This document shows, one piece after another, positions 8,893 to 18,164 of a DNA stretch of 64,000 nt. The DNA is from a virus (Duplodnaviria; Caudoviricetes). The position numbers and the translations under genes are program-made. Numbering within the stretch: position 1 is the first letter of the stretch; every line of letters starts with the position of its first letter. The notes below the pieces were generated by a model. That model was not told where the DNA came from and ran no database searches. It was given only the letters and a program-made list of their open reading frames with translations. The stretch spans positions 1 through 64,000 of the IMG/VR virus record IMGVR_UViG_3300010162_000393, one strand, 5' to 3'.

Positions 8893-9488
8893 TATTGATT
8901 TGGTTCTATAATTTCTACTTCGTTTTGTTTGAGCATATTTTCATATTCGGTAATATCGAGTTTAGAATGTTTTCTGATCCATTCCTCTTTTAACCTTCTC
9001 GTTACTTCCGTATTAGGAACAATTCTTTTTCCATATTGAAATCTAAACGTTGCTTTATCCGCCCAACCATAAAAATCTGTTATGAATTGACCGACCGCAC
9101 CAGAACGTGATATTCCTGCATGACAATGAATGATATAGTTTTTCTTTTGATTTACTTCAATGAAATCTATTAACCTTTTCGCTTGTTCTGGATTAAAAGG
9201 ATGATAGGTTTTTCCATTAAACTCCTCCACCTTGTCAATGTCGTAGAATTTCATATTCAAAACGTTTGCGTGATTTTGTTTGAAATAATGTTCATCACCG
9301 ACACCATGTTTAAATGGCATGAAACTACTATCATCACATATTATTGAGATGATAGCAAGGTCTTTATAATCCTCGATATTGTAATCAGTGAATTTGTTTG
9401 TTTTCATTACCCTAACAAATTCACTTACCCCCATTACATGAATCAGGTATTTTTCCTTGACTGAAATGTCTTGCGTATTTATCTTCAT
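8892..9488 (-). CDS. Protein-tyrosine/dual-specificity phosphatase superfamily (CX5R)
   Basis: IHCHAGISRS P-loop, FYDI acid loop and a PN motif. Start placed at the ATG at 9488 because a promoter lies just upstream. Confidence 0.85.
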   Translation of the reverse strand: MKINTQDISVKEKYLIHVMGVSEFVRVMKTNKFTDYNIEDYKDLAIISIICDDSSFMPFKHGVGDEHYFKQNHANVLNMKFYDIDKVEEFNGKTYHPFNPEQAKRLIDFIEVNQKKNYIIHCHAGISRSGAVGQFITDFYGWADKATFRFQYGKRIVPNTEVTRRLKEEWIRKHSKLDITEYENMLKQNEVEIIEPNQ

Positions 9489-9506
9489 TTCCTTAAATTT
9501 TTGGGA

Positions 9507-9538
9507 CAAAAGTACTATAACAAAATATAATTTCCAAA
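9507..9538 (-). promoter_or_regulatory. Canonical Bacteroidota sigmaA promoter (TTTG-N20-TACTTTTG)
   Basis: -33 TTTG at 9538-9535, 20-nt spacer, -7 TACTTTTG at 9514-9507. It lies upstream of the phosphatase-mgsA pair. Confidence 0.7.
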
Positions 9539-9552
9539 CTATTTATGGATAT

Positions 9553-10359
9553 ATGTTAAGAATTTTAAATGAAGCAGCAAATCGTAAGGATATTTTAAGA
9601 GCATTAAATGGTAATCATCTCTGTGCTGTAACAACTTACGAATCCGAAGTCCCGAATTACGGTAGTGTAACAAACACACGCTACGGAGTTGTGTTATGTT
9701 TTGGTACAGGTCGGTATCAAAATGAACCTGCTATTCGTTTTTTTCAAATCAGACCAAAAAATGCTTCTTGGGGACAAACCCAGAATCCAAAATTAGGATC
9801 AGATTATAAAATTCTATACTTAAAAGATATTGTTGAATTTAATGTTTTATCTAATACTGTAACAAATCCACCACCGCTATTCAATCCTCAGGATGATAGG
9901 TGGTTTAAAAGCGATGCGAAAAAGATTATTGCAAATTTTAAAGACCCGTATAAACCAATAGTGGTTGGTGGTACAGCATTAGACGACAAAACAGAAATTG
10001 AAAAAGATTTCAAAGATATTGAGGGAACACCAATACAATCGGTTAAAACAAGATATGACGATTTAAGAAAAACAACCAATGAGTTGAAAGGAACATATAC
10101 CATTGTCAATAATATGCTTAATAAGATTCTGAATGACGAAAAAGCAGGTAAAAAGGTTAATGCTTTCCGAAAGAAAACTATTATGGCAATGTTGGAAAGA
10201 ACAAAAGAATTGTTTACAAAATCACAGACACTAACGAATAAATATTGGGGTATTTATAGAACTGAAACCGGAAAACAAAATGTGTCAATATCAAACAGAG
10301 GTAAAACTTCTACTGAAAAGAAAATTAAACCCAAATTAGAGTTGAATAATACAGTATAA
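9553..10359 (+). CDS. Hypothetical protein with a WYL-like N-terminal domain
   Basis: ATG at 9553 (MLRILNEAA) follows CTATTTAT. The pattern R..V.CFG...N.PAIRFFQ...YKILYLKDI...PPLFNPQDD resembles phage WYL-like domains. Confidence 0.6.
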   Translation: MLRILNEAANRKDILRALNGNHLCAVTTYESEVPNYGSVTNTRYGVVLCFGTGRYQNEPAIRFFQIRPKNASWGQTQNPKLGSDYKILYLKDIVEFNVLSNTVTNPPPLFNPQDDRWFKSDAKKIIANFKDPYKPIVVGGTALDDKTEIEKDFKDIEGTPIQSVKTRYDDLRKTTNELKGTYTIVNNMLNKILNDEKAGKKVNAFRKKTIMAMLERTKELFTKSQTLTNKYWGIYRTETGKQNVSISNRGKTSTEKKIKPKLELNNTV

Positions 10360-10388
10360 TTTCTATATTATTAAAAAAAATTCAAGTT

Positions 10389-10940
10389 ATGCCTAATTAT
10401 GACAACGCATCCAGTGAACAGATAATGCAACAACTCTTTAGAACAAATGATCCAAAGGGGTTGTTTAGAGATGTGTATAATAAAAGTGTTGATATTAGTG
10501 GTGGTAAAAAAAATATTTCTGAAGGTGTAGAAGAAGAATATGAAACTGGTTATCTTCCACCTGTTCATTTATCTAAAACAACACCTCAAAATACTGGAAA
10601 TAGGATTCCAAAGATGATGCCAGAGAATAAACAAAACAACATGTTAAAAAGTTTGCTTGGTGAGCAATATTTTAATAATCTGGTTAAGACACCAGAGGGT
10701 GGTGGAAGTATATTAGAAAGCGTTGCTGATAAAATGTATTCAGGAAGATCCTACTCGGAAGATTATGAAGTTGTTAATGATCCACCTAAACAAGATAATA
10801 AAATATCATTAATAATAGAAGGTAAATCTTATAGTGGAAAAATTGTTCAGAATAAGAGTGGACAAATATTATATCTAGTTGGTAACAATAGGGCGTTTGT
10901 TCTCACACCTTCAACAATTAAAACGGTATCTAAAAAATGA
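10389..10940 (+). CDS. Hypothetical protein
   Basis: 183-aa ORF co-oriented with the upstream gene. Confidence 0.7.
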   Translation: MPNYDNASSEQIMQQLFRTNDPKGLFRDVYNKSVDISGGKKNISEGVEEEYETGYLPPVHLSKTTPQNTGNRIPKMMPENKQNNMLKSLLGEQYFNNLVKTPEGGGSILESVADKMYSGRSYSEDYEVVNDPPKQDNKISLIIEGKSYSGKIVQNKSGQILYLVGNNRAFVLTPSTIKTVSKK

Positions 10941-10942
10941 TT

Positions 10943-11200
10943 TTAGTAGGTGGTTTCGTTCCATCTTTTTCGTAAGGAGTTTTGATGGTTTTTATCACTA
11001 TTTTTTCTCATTATTCTATCAGTTTTAAAAATACTGAGAATTTCATACAAACAACCTTCTATAGCACTACGTAAAGTATCGAACTTATAAAATTTACCTG
11101 TTTTTTTGTCAAGTGCTAACCACCCAAAATCTAACACCTCTACGTAATAATACTTTAACACATAGTATTTACGTATTTTCCTAAGTAATTTTGTTCTCAT
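10943..11200 (-). CDS. Hypothetical basic protein
   Basis: 85-aa ORF coupled (TGATG) to the methyltransferase stop. Confidence 0.7.
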   Translation of the reverse strand: MRTKLLRKIRKYYVLKYYYVEVLDFGWLALDKKTGKFYKFDTLRSAIEGCLYEILSIFKTDRIMRKNSDKNHQNSLRKRWNETTY

Positions 11201-12036
11201 CAGTAGTTCATATATAATGATTCGACCTTTGTTTTCGCTTTATTTGTACCACTAATGGTATTAACATTGAAATCAACTCTTTTCCACCCATTTCCTAAAA
11301 GAACATCATCATACAATTCACAACGATATCCGGAAACAAGGTATTTTGATTTTCCGTTTACAAGCAAATTGATGTATTTTTCTTGTGTTTCATCATCCAT
11401 ATCTACCGGATAACGACATTTTGTTCGAGTACAATGCGCATAAGGACTATCACAATAAAAGAAGTAGTCTGAATTATTATAATTTTCTATTATATCAAGA
11501 GCATCTCTGTTTAATATAATAAATCTCTGTATTTTTTCGTGTATTTCATACATTCCGTCAATAGAACTTAACATATCTGATACAGATTTAGAAGTTGTTC
11601 TTCTGATCGACATATTTTTACCAAAGGAAGCGTTATTACCACTGTAACTCATGCGATTCACGATGAAAAAGTGGTACGCACGTTCTTCAATAGAATACCC
11701 ATCTTTTTGTCCAGCTTCTTTTAACCATTCCAACGATTCATCAAAAATATCTTCTGAGTAAAATAGCAATTCTAGTTTTGATTTCAATTCTTCAAACGTT
11801 TCCTTATTTTGTAACACTTTGAAAAACGAATATATATTCTTATTTAAGTCATTGACTATGCAAGAACATTTCTTATTTGGTAGGTTTAATCCAACAACCA
11901 ATGACCCCATGAATGGTTCTACATAACTTACATAACTTTCAACCGGTGGAAAATGTTCGTATAAACTTGCTAACATATTTGATTTTCCGCCAAACGATCT
12001 GATACTTGAATTGATTTTCTTATCCTCCTTTGCCAT
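11200..12036 (-). CDS. D12-class (Dam-like) DNA adenine methyltransferase
   Basis: FGGKS, YVEPFMGS, NDLN, NRMSYSG. The catalytic motif reads DSPY instead of DPPY. Confidence 0.85.
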   Translation of the reverse strand: MAKEDKKINSSIRSFGGKSNMLASLYEHFPPVESYVSYVEPFMGSLVVGLNLPNKKCSCIVNDLNKNIYSFFKVLQNKETFEELKSKLELLFYSEDIFDESLEWLKEAGQKDGYSIEERAYHFFIVNRMSYSGNNASFGKNMSIRRTTSKSVSDMLSSIDGMYEIHEKIQRFIILNRDALDIIENYNNSDYFFYCDSPYAHCTRTKCRYPVDMDDETQEKYINLLVNGKSKYLVSGYRCELYDDVLLGNGWKRVDFNVNTISGTNKAKTKVESLYMNY

Positions 12037-12631
12037 AAAATACGGGTATTAAATATAGGTTATTATTTATAATTTCTAAAATTTCTTTATTAATAAAATC
12101 TGCTTTGTAAAATATACTGTTATTAGAATTACCATAAAAATATTTTAGAATTTTATTCTTCGGTATTCCAATGTATTCAATGTCTTCGATATTAAATCCA
12201 TACACTTGGTTATTAAAATAAACATACATAAAACCATAATGTACATAACATATTACATGTGTATTAGAATTTAATATAAATATAAATTCTTTTATATTGG
12301 TTATATTCATATTGAATATGTTAATAAAATTATATGGTGTATTATCTTTTATTGTGTTAATTATATTTCGATAAAATTCTCCTACACATTCAATATGTTT
12401 TGTATTTTTTTCCATAGGACTAAAACACCACCATGTTTTTTCATTAACTTTGTCTTTCAAAATTGACAATGGTGTGTTGGGGTATAATGTTTTTACATAA
12501 TTCCAACCGATTATAAGTGTTGGTATATCTTCGATAACATTTGACATATCATTAGCGTAATGAATAAAATCAACTTTATTCATCAAGCGTAAATCAGATT
12601 TTTGACCGACAATATTACCGAGTTTTTTCAC
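12020..12631 (-). CDS. Hypothetical phage protein
   Basis: ORF with a PTLIIGW block. Likely GTG start at 12631, overlapping the upstream TGA (GTGA coupling). Confidence 0.65.
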   Translation of the reverse strand: MKKLGNIVGQKSDLRLMNKVDFIHYANDMSNVIEDIPTLIIGWNYVKTLYPNTPLSILKDKVNEKTWWCFSPMEKNTKHIECVGEFYRNIINTIKDNTPYNFINIFNMNITNIKEFIFILNSNTHVICYVHYGFMYVYFNNQVYGFNIEDIEYIGIPKNKILKYFYGNSNNSIFYKADFINKEILEIINNNLYLIPVFYGKGG

Positions 12632-12867
12632 AGCGGTGAAAACGTTTTTTCGGTAAGGAGTACGGCAGACTGCTCTTCCGCTTCGTCTGTTTTTATTCGC
12701 CAACCAATAGTCACAAATTTAACATAAAATTCACATTCAACTTCGGTTAAGTTTTTGTGTCTTTTACATTCTCTACTGTATTTTAGGTATAAAACAAGAA
12801 TTGATATACCTATCATGACTGATATTGTTACGAATACTATTCCTAATATGAATAATAGTGTTTGCAT
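12628..12867 (-). CDS. Small protein with an N-terminal transmembrane helix
   Basis: Hydrophobic stretch LLFILGIVFVTISVMIGISILVLYL. Confidence 0.6.
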   Translation of the reverse strand: MQTLLFILGIVFVTISVMIGISILVLYLKYSRECKRHKNLTEVECEFYVKFVTIGWRIKTDEAEEQSAVLLTEKTFSPL

Positions 12868-12873
12868 AATATT

Positions 12874-13218
12874 TTAAATTAAAGTGGTTACATCTAAATC
12901 ATCAAGTCTCTCATAATCATATATTTTGATATGGCGATTGAAGGATTTTCCATGCGAGGATTTGTCTTCTCTATTAAGTGTACCAACAAATGATTCATAA
13001 TCATGTATTTCAACACCTTTGTATAAATATTGTGCTCCGCGGTTAAATACTATTATAACATCTACTGTTGGTACATCAAATTGTATTCCTTCCACCAATG
13101 TTTTTTTCTTTATTTCTTTTTTACCAAGATCTACTTTTGAATAATATATGTTACTCGATTGGTACCATATTTCTTCAATTTCTCCTATCTTTTTTATTTT
13201 CATATTAATTACCGCCAT
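12874..13218 (-). CDS. KTSC-domain protein
   Basis: SSNI...IVFNRGAQYLYKGV...SHGKSFNRHIK pattern. Confidence 0.75.
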   Translation of the reverse strand: MAVINMKIKKIGEIEEIWYQSSNIYYSKVDLGKKEIKKKTLVEGIQFDVPTVDVIIVFNRGAQYLYKGVEIHDYESFVGTLNREDKSSHGKSFNRHIKIYDYERLDDLDVTTLI

Positions 13219-13919
13219 ATATTTAAACGTTTTTTTGATATTTCACAATATTCCGGATCAATTTCAATACCAATAAAATCATACCCAAGATTAGCACAAG
13301 CAATTCCTGTACTTCCGGACCCTGAAAATGGATCAATTATAATTGAATCTTTAGGTAATACTCCTATTATTTTTTCACAGACCGCTATTGGAATTTGACA
13401 TGGGTGTTCAACTTTTTCTTTTGAAACGTTCTTGACCTGTTGTATTTCTATCCAATCCGTATCTTCGTTTTCTACTTTAAACCAGTCATACATTGGTGGA
13501 AATTTACCCTTCTCAATCATACCCTTGATACGTTTATCGTTTGGGTTTTTATACTCACCAGGAACTTGTTTTAAGTTTGGTTTTATACCATAATAACATA
13601 TTGAACGATGTTGTTTAGGTAAATGATTATTAAAAATCCAAACAATCTCTTTCGTTGGTGCCTGTCCTATTTCAATAGAATATCTATGTAATGATTCTGG
13701 ATAATGTAAAAGAACATGTGGAATCATATTACCATTATATTGACGATAAAATACGTTCTTAAGAAAATTCATATAATCATTTTCTTTCATATTATCACCA
13801 TATGATCTGTAAGAATATTTTACATTGTATGGAGGATCGCTGACATAAACCACACGACTATGATCGACATCTAATGTTGGTAATATATCTAAACAATGAC
13901 CTTCTATTATTTTAAGCAT
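13209..13919 (-). CDS. Beta-class N4-cytosine/N6-adenine DNA methyltransferase
   Basis: SDPPY near the N-terminus, HPCQIP, DPFSGSGST and GIEID. Confidence 0.9.
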   Translation of the reverse strand: MLKIIEGHCLDILPTLDVDHSRVVYVSDPPYNVKYSYRSYGDNMKENDYMNFLKNVFYRQYNGNMIPHVLLHYPESLHRYSIEIGQAPTKEIVWIFNNHLPKQHRSICYYGIKPNLKQVPGEYKNPNDKRIKGMIEKGKFPPMYDWFKVENEDTDWIEIQQVKNVSKEKVEHPCQIPIAVCEKIIGVLPKDSIIIDPFSGSGSTGIACANLGYDFIGIEIDPEYCEISKKRLNIWR

Positions 13920-14001
13920 AAAAAAAATGTGTTACTATTCTTACAATAATACATTTTATTTTTTTTAATTAGAAATAAATGATTTTCCGCAAAAATACCC
14001 C

Positions 14002-15240
14002 TTAATTGTGACATAATTTTGGAAATTTATTAGTTAATAATAACTTAATCGGGTTACATCCAAACCCTATACTGGCTGTCTGAAATACAGAATCACCAGA
14101 TGCCTTTCGCAATATGTTGAACGCAGCATTTACATCAGCATTTAACAGAATACCTTTCGAGGTTCTGAATAAACCCCGATTTACCCTTTTGCCAACATAA
14201 ACATCATGATGCCCAACCTCCTCCAAATCCAAAGAACTGCATTTTGACGTGTGAGATTCGTTGAAATCAACCAATCTTAGTCCTTGTCTTTCAGATTTGT
14301 ATCGCAACTGATTTATAAAAGGTTCAAATGGAATATTAACAAAATTTTGGTTTGTCTTTTTTCCAAGATTCACTTCCTGTTTCCAACCACTGTTGTAACC
14401 AACAATAATTGTGTTAATGTCGTGTTCAACACATTTGGAAACTATATTTTTGCTTGCCTTGTGTAAGTAATCCTTAACCTTGTTGTTGCGTTTCAAGGTT
14501 AGTTTTCTGATTTTTTTACTTGTTTTTCTACGGTGACATTTTTCTAAATTTGATTTTAATTTTGATAATTTCTTGTTATAAAACTGATTGATTGATTTCA
14601 ACGGTCTGCCGTTGATAATAAATGGTTTGGTTTCTGTGGAAATACAGGTTGCCAAATTATTGACACCAATGTCAATGGAAAGGTATTTTCCATTGTTTTC
14701 TTTTGGTTGTATAACAGATGTTTCGTAAACAACCTCTGCGACATAATATTCCGATTTTGGGATAAATCTAACTTGTTTGATTTGTTCTCTAGGGATATTG
14801 GTTTTCAATGGGGTAATACCCTCTTTTTTGGGAAATGTGATATAACCGTTTTTATACCCAAACTGACAATATGTATATATCAAAACGTTTCTTCCTTCAG
14901 TTTTGTGTTTATATTTTGGAAATTTTGGTTTTCCGTTAAAACCTGTTTTATTAGTTTTCCACTTTTTGATAGATTCAAAGTAAGATTTAAAATCTTTGTC
15001 AAGCAACATCAAGGTTTGTTGAGATGAGTGGTTGCTTATTGCTTTATAATCAACCTGATTTTCTGTTTTGAATTTTTTTTCTAATTCAGTGTATCTTATC
15101 CATTTACCGGTTTTTAGGAATTCTTGTTTTACAACATATAAAGCGGCGTTGTATAAGTTTTTCGACTTAAAACATGCTTCGTCTATCCGTTTATAAGACG
15201 GATGATTTTGTTTGATAATATGTTGTTCAACCAACTTCAT
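14002..15240 (-). CDS. tnpB: RNA-guided endonuclease TnpB family protein
   Basis: SKNLYNAALY N-terminus, RuvC-I SIDIGVNNL, IIVGYNSGWKQ, NESHTSK and RuvC-III NADVNAAFNI. Confidence 0.93.
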   Translation of the reverse strand: MKLVEQHIIKQNHPSYKRIDEACFKSKNLYNAALYVVKQEFLKTGKWIRYTELEKKFKTENQVDYKAISNHSSQQTLMLLDKDFKSYFESIKKWKTNKTGFNGKPKFPKYKHKTEGRNVLIYTYCQFGYKNGYITFPKKEGITPLKTNIPREQIKQVRFIPKSEYYVAEVVYETSVIQPKENNGKYLSIDIGVNNLATCISTETKPFIINGRPLKSINQFYNKKLSKLKSNLEKCHRRKTSKKIRKLTLKRNNKVKDYLHKASKNIVSKCVEHDINTIIVGYNSGWKQEVNLGKKTNQNFVNIPFEPFINQLRYKSERQGLRLVDFNESHTSKCSSLDLEEVGHHDVYVGKRVNRGLFRTSKGILLNADVNAAFNILRKASGDSVFQTASIGFGCNPIKLLLTNKFPKLCHN

Positions 15241-15262
15241 TTTAACAAGATGATTTTAAGAA

Positions 15263-15275
15263 TTTTTTCTGATCA
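15263..15275 (-). promoter_or_regulatory. TGATCAGAAAAAA recurrent upstream motif inside the TnpB element
   Basis: Lies between the inverted repeat and the tnpB ATG. Confidence 0.55.
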
Positions 15276-15317
15276 TCATTTATCAGGGGTATTCTTGCGG
15301 AAAATCATTTAGAAATA

Positions 15318-16235
15318 TCACGAATTACTAATCCTCGTACATGCTTCATTACCACCTTTCATAAAAAGATGTGCAAAACTACCTCTACCGTGACACATGT
15401 TTATAAACCTATCTAGTGTTACAAACAGTTTTTTTGGATCAGAATAGTTTCTATCAAACTCTGCTGTTAGATTAAAAAATCCATCCAACGGTGAGTCAGT
15501 TTCAAATGCACCGCTACCATCTTCGCTATCACCGAAATTGCTTTCAATATATCTTGTGAATGGTATCCAATACGTTCTATTAAAATATCTTGATCTTTCA
15601 TCGGTACATTCTTCTTTGGTAACAGGTATTTTTTCATCTCCTGTTAGATCTCGCCACATACGATTAAGGGTTAATTCACCTTTTGAGTTTGTAATTCTTG
15701 GATCTAAACTAGGACCACTTGTCAGGTATGAATTTGCTGCTAATTGTGATAGGTTATCTTTTGCATTTGCAACCCAATCCATAATTCTCGGAACCCAATA
15801 ATCGTCATAAGCGCCGGATTGTGGTTTCATATAACTGTACTGTTGAATACACCTTAAATATTCATCAGGATCTATTAATTTCCAACGTTGTTTTCTACCG
15901 CTTTTGAAACCCTCATATACCTGTCGCACTACGTTGTTCGGATTGTGAAGAGATAAGGTGTCGGTCTTCAAATTTGACATAAATTCTGAAAACGTGTTAT
16001 ACGCCTCAGTCAAAAGAATATCGGTAACGTTATGTAAAATTTCAAAAATCGGATGATTTCTATCAATTTTACCTTTACGCATTTCAATCAAAAGATCATG
16101 ATTGAATACGGTTTTATCACCTCTTTTTATTTCCAACAATGTTTGTGGTTTATAGTTTGTTGGTTTAGCCGGATCGTATCCCATTAAAAACTTGAAACGT
16201 CTTGTCGCTTCATTAATAACTTCTTGTTTATTCAT
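15318..16235 (-). CDS. Hypothetical protein, tandem paralogue 1 of 3
   Basis: EVINEATRRFKFLMGY N-terminus, LIDPDEYLRCIQQYSYMKPQSGAYDDYW core and a CHxRG..MKGGNEA C-terminus shared with its neighbours. Confidence 0.88.
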   Translation of the reverse strand: MNKQEVINEATRRFKFLMGYDPAKPTNYKPQTLLEIKRGDKTVFNHDLLIEMRKGKIDRNHPIFEILHNVTDILLTEAYNTFSEFMSNLKTDTLSLHNPNNVVRQVYEGFKSGRKQRWKLIDPDEYLRCIQQYSYMKPQSGAYDDYWVPRIMDWVANAKDNLSQLAANSYLTSGPSLDPRITNSKGELTLNRMWRDLTGDEKIPVTKEECTDERSRYFNRTYWIPFTRYIESNFGDSEDGSGAFETDSPLDGFFNLTAEFDRNYSDPKKLFVTLDRFINMCHGRGSFAHLFMKGGNEACTRISNS

Positions 16236-16277
16236 TTTTAATTTTTTTATTAAAATAATTTTGATAAAATTTTCTGA

Positions 16278-17192
16278 TCAAGAGTTGCTAATCCTTGAAC
16301 ACGCTTCGTTTCCACCTTTCATAAATATATGTCCTAAACCACCTCTGTTGTGACACATGTTTTTCAATCTATCCAACGTTACAAACAGTTTTTTTGGATC
16401 TGAGTAATTTTTATCAAAATCGGCAACAATATTAAATAGACCATCTAATGGTGAATCTGTTTCGTAACTTTCAGAACCTTCACCATATCTTGTTTGAATA
16501 TATTTTGTGAATGGTCTCCAATAATTATCAAAAAACTCTCTTTCGGCGATAGAATCGTTACCACACTGACCCGGTCTGTATGGTATTTCTTCATCACCTG
16601 TTAGATTATACCACATTAATGCAAGAAGATTTTCTCCTTTTGCATTTTCATTATCCTGTTCAAGAGTTGGACCACTACATAAGTATGAATTTGCAGCAAA
16701 TTGTGCAACATTATCTTTTGCATTTGCTACCCATTCCATGATTATACGTGCCCAATAATCGTCATATGCACCAGACTGTGGTTTCATATAAGAGTATTGT
16801 TGGATACACCTTAAGTATTCATCAGGATCTATCAATTTCCAACGTTGCGCTCTACCACTTTTGAAACCTTCATACGTTTGTCGAATCACATTATTTGGGT
16901 TTCGTAGGGAATCTCTGTCTGTCTTCAACTTTGACATAAATTCTGAGAACGTATCGTATGCTTCGGTTAGAAGAATATCATTCACATTGTGTAAAACCTC
17001 AAAAATAACATGTTTTTTATCAATTTTACCTTCACGCATTTCTACCAAAACGTCATGGTTGAACACGGTTTTATCACCCATCTTGATTTCCATCAGAGAT
17101 TGTGTTTTGTAATTTCTTGGTTTAGCAGGATCATATCCCATTAAAAACCTGAAACGTCTTGTTACTTCATTAATTACTTCTTCTCTACTCAT
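16278..17192 (-). CDS. Hypothetical protein, tandem paralogue 2 of 3
   Basis: Same conserved blocks. Its TGA stop overlaps a TGATCAGAAAA motif. Confidence 0.88.
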   Translation of the reverse strand: MSREEVINEVTRRFRFLMGYDPAKPRNYKTQSLMEIKMGDKTVFNHDVLVEMREGKIDKKHVIFEVLHNVNDILLTEAYDTFSEFMSKLKTDRDSLRNPNNVIRQTYEGFKSGRAQRWKLIDPDEYLRCIQQYSYMKPQSGAYDDYWARIIMEWVANAKDNVAQFAANSYLCSGPTLEQDNENAKGENLLALMWYNLTGDEEIPYRPGQCGNDSIAEREFFDNYWRPFTKYIQTRYGEGSESYETDSPLDGLFNIVADFDKNYSDPKKLFVTLDRLKNMCHNRGGLGHIFMKGGNEACSRISNS

Positions 17193-17237
17193 TTTAAATA
17201 ATTTTTATATCAAAATAATTTTAATAAATTTTTCTGA

Positions 17238-18140
17238 TCAAGAGTTGCTAATCATTTTACTAGCTTCATTTCCTCCTTTCATAAAAATATGTGCAAAACC
17301 ACCTCTTGAATGACACATGTTTTTCAATCTGTCCAATGTTACAAACAATTTTTTAGGGTCAGTGTAATTTTTATCAAATGCAGCAACAATATTGAATAAA
17401 CCATCTAACGCTGAATCTGTTTCATAGGCTTCAGCATAATTGGAACCAATATATCTAAAAAATGCACCCCAGTGTTCTTTGAAAAACACCTTTTCTGCTT
17501 CTGAACTATCGGTACATTCTCCTGGTCTGTATGGTATTTTTTCATCACCGGTTAAATTATACCACAATAAAGCATGAAGATTTTGATTATTTGAATTTCC
17601 CTCATATCGTTTAAGTGTTGGACCGTTGCATAGATATGAATTTGCTGCCAACTGTGCAACATTATCCTTTGCGTTTGCAACCCACTCCATAATTCTTGGA
17701 ACCCAATAATCGTCGTATGCCCCGGATTGTGGTTTCATATAAGAGTATTGTTGGATACATCTTAAATATTCATCCGGGTCGATTAATATCCAACGTTGTT
17801 TTCTACCGCTTTTGAAACCTTCGTAAACCTGTCGAACAATGTTATTTGAATTTGAAATAGATTGTTTATCTGTTTTCAAATCCTCCATAAATTCTGAAAA
17901 GGTATTGTACGCCTCAGTCAAAAGAATATCCGTAACATTATCTAAAATCTCATAAATAATATGATTTTTACTAATATTGCCGTTACGCATTTCAACTAAA
18001 AGAGAGTGATCAAATACAGTTTTATCACCTCTCTTAATTTCGTCTAATGTTTGTGGTGCGTAGTTCGTTGGGTTAGCGGGATTATATCCCATCAAAAACC
18101 TGAAACGCCTTGTTGCCTCATTGATAACTTCTCTTTCCAC
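17238..18140 (-). CDS. Hypothetical protein, tandem paralogue 3 of 3
   Basis: Same conserved blocks. GTG start preceded by TTATTTATA on the minus strand. Its TGA stop overlaps a TGATCAGAAAA motif. Confidence 0.88.
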   Translation of the reverse strand: MEREVINEATRRFRFLMGYNPANPTNYAPQTLDEIKRGDKTVFDHSLLVEMRNGNISKNHIIYEILDNVTDILLTEAYNTFSEFMEDLKTDKQSISNSNNIVRQVYEGFKSGRKQRWILIDPDEYLRCIQQYSYMKPQSGAYDDYWVPRIMEWVANAKDNVAQLAANSYLCNGPTLKRYEGNSNNQNLHALLWYNLTGDEKIPYRPGECTDSSEAEKVFFKEHWGAFFRYIGSNYAEAYETDSALDGLFNIVAAFDKNYTDPKKLFVTLDRLKNMCHSRGGFAHIFMKGGNEASKMISNS

Positions 18141-18164
18141 GTCATATTTTTCTTATAAATAACA

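Larger units (their letters stand above)
13978..15309 (-). mobile_element. Non-autonomous TnpB-carrying element with 25-bp terminal inverted repeats and an 8-bp target-site duplication
   Basis: Left end AATGATTTTCCGCAAAAATACCCCT (13978-14002) and right end AGGGGTATTCTTGCGGAAAATCATT (15285-15309) match 24/25 as inverted repeats. TAGAAATA lies directly outside both ends (13970-13977 and 15310-15317). Confidence 0.85.

Noticed and set aside
12630-12705. Locally GC-rich stretch as a possible ncRNA or tRNA remnant
   Set aside because: Only a weak 5-bp stem was found and no cloverleaf. It lies within a coding frame.
14002-15240. Nuclease-dead TnpB acting with the sigma factors as an RNA-guided regulator
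   Set aside because: Both catalytic Asp and an alternative Glu are present. The gene sits in a bounded mobile element about 6 kb from the sigmas, which are RpoD-like rather than ECF.
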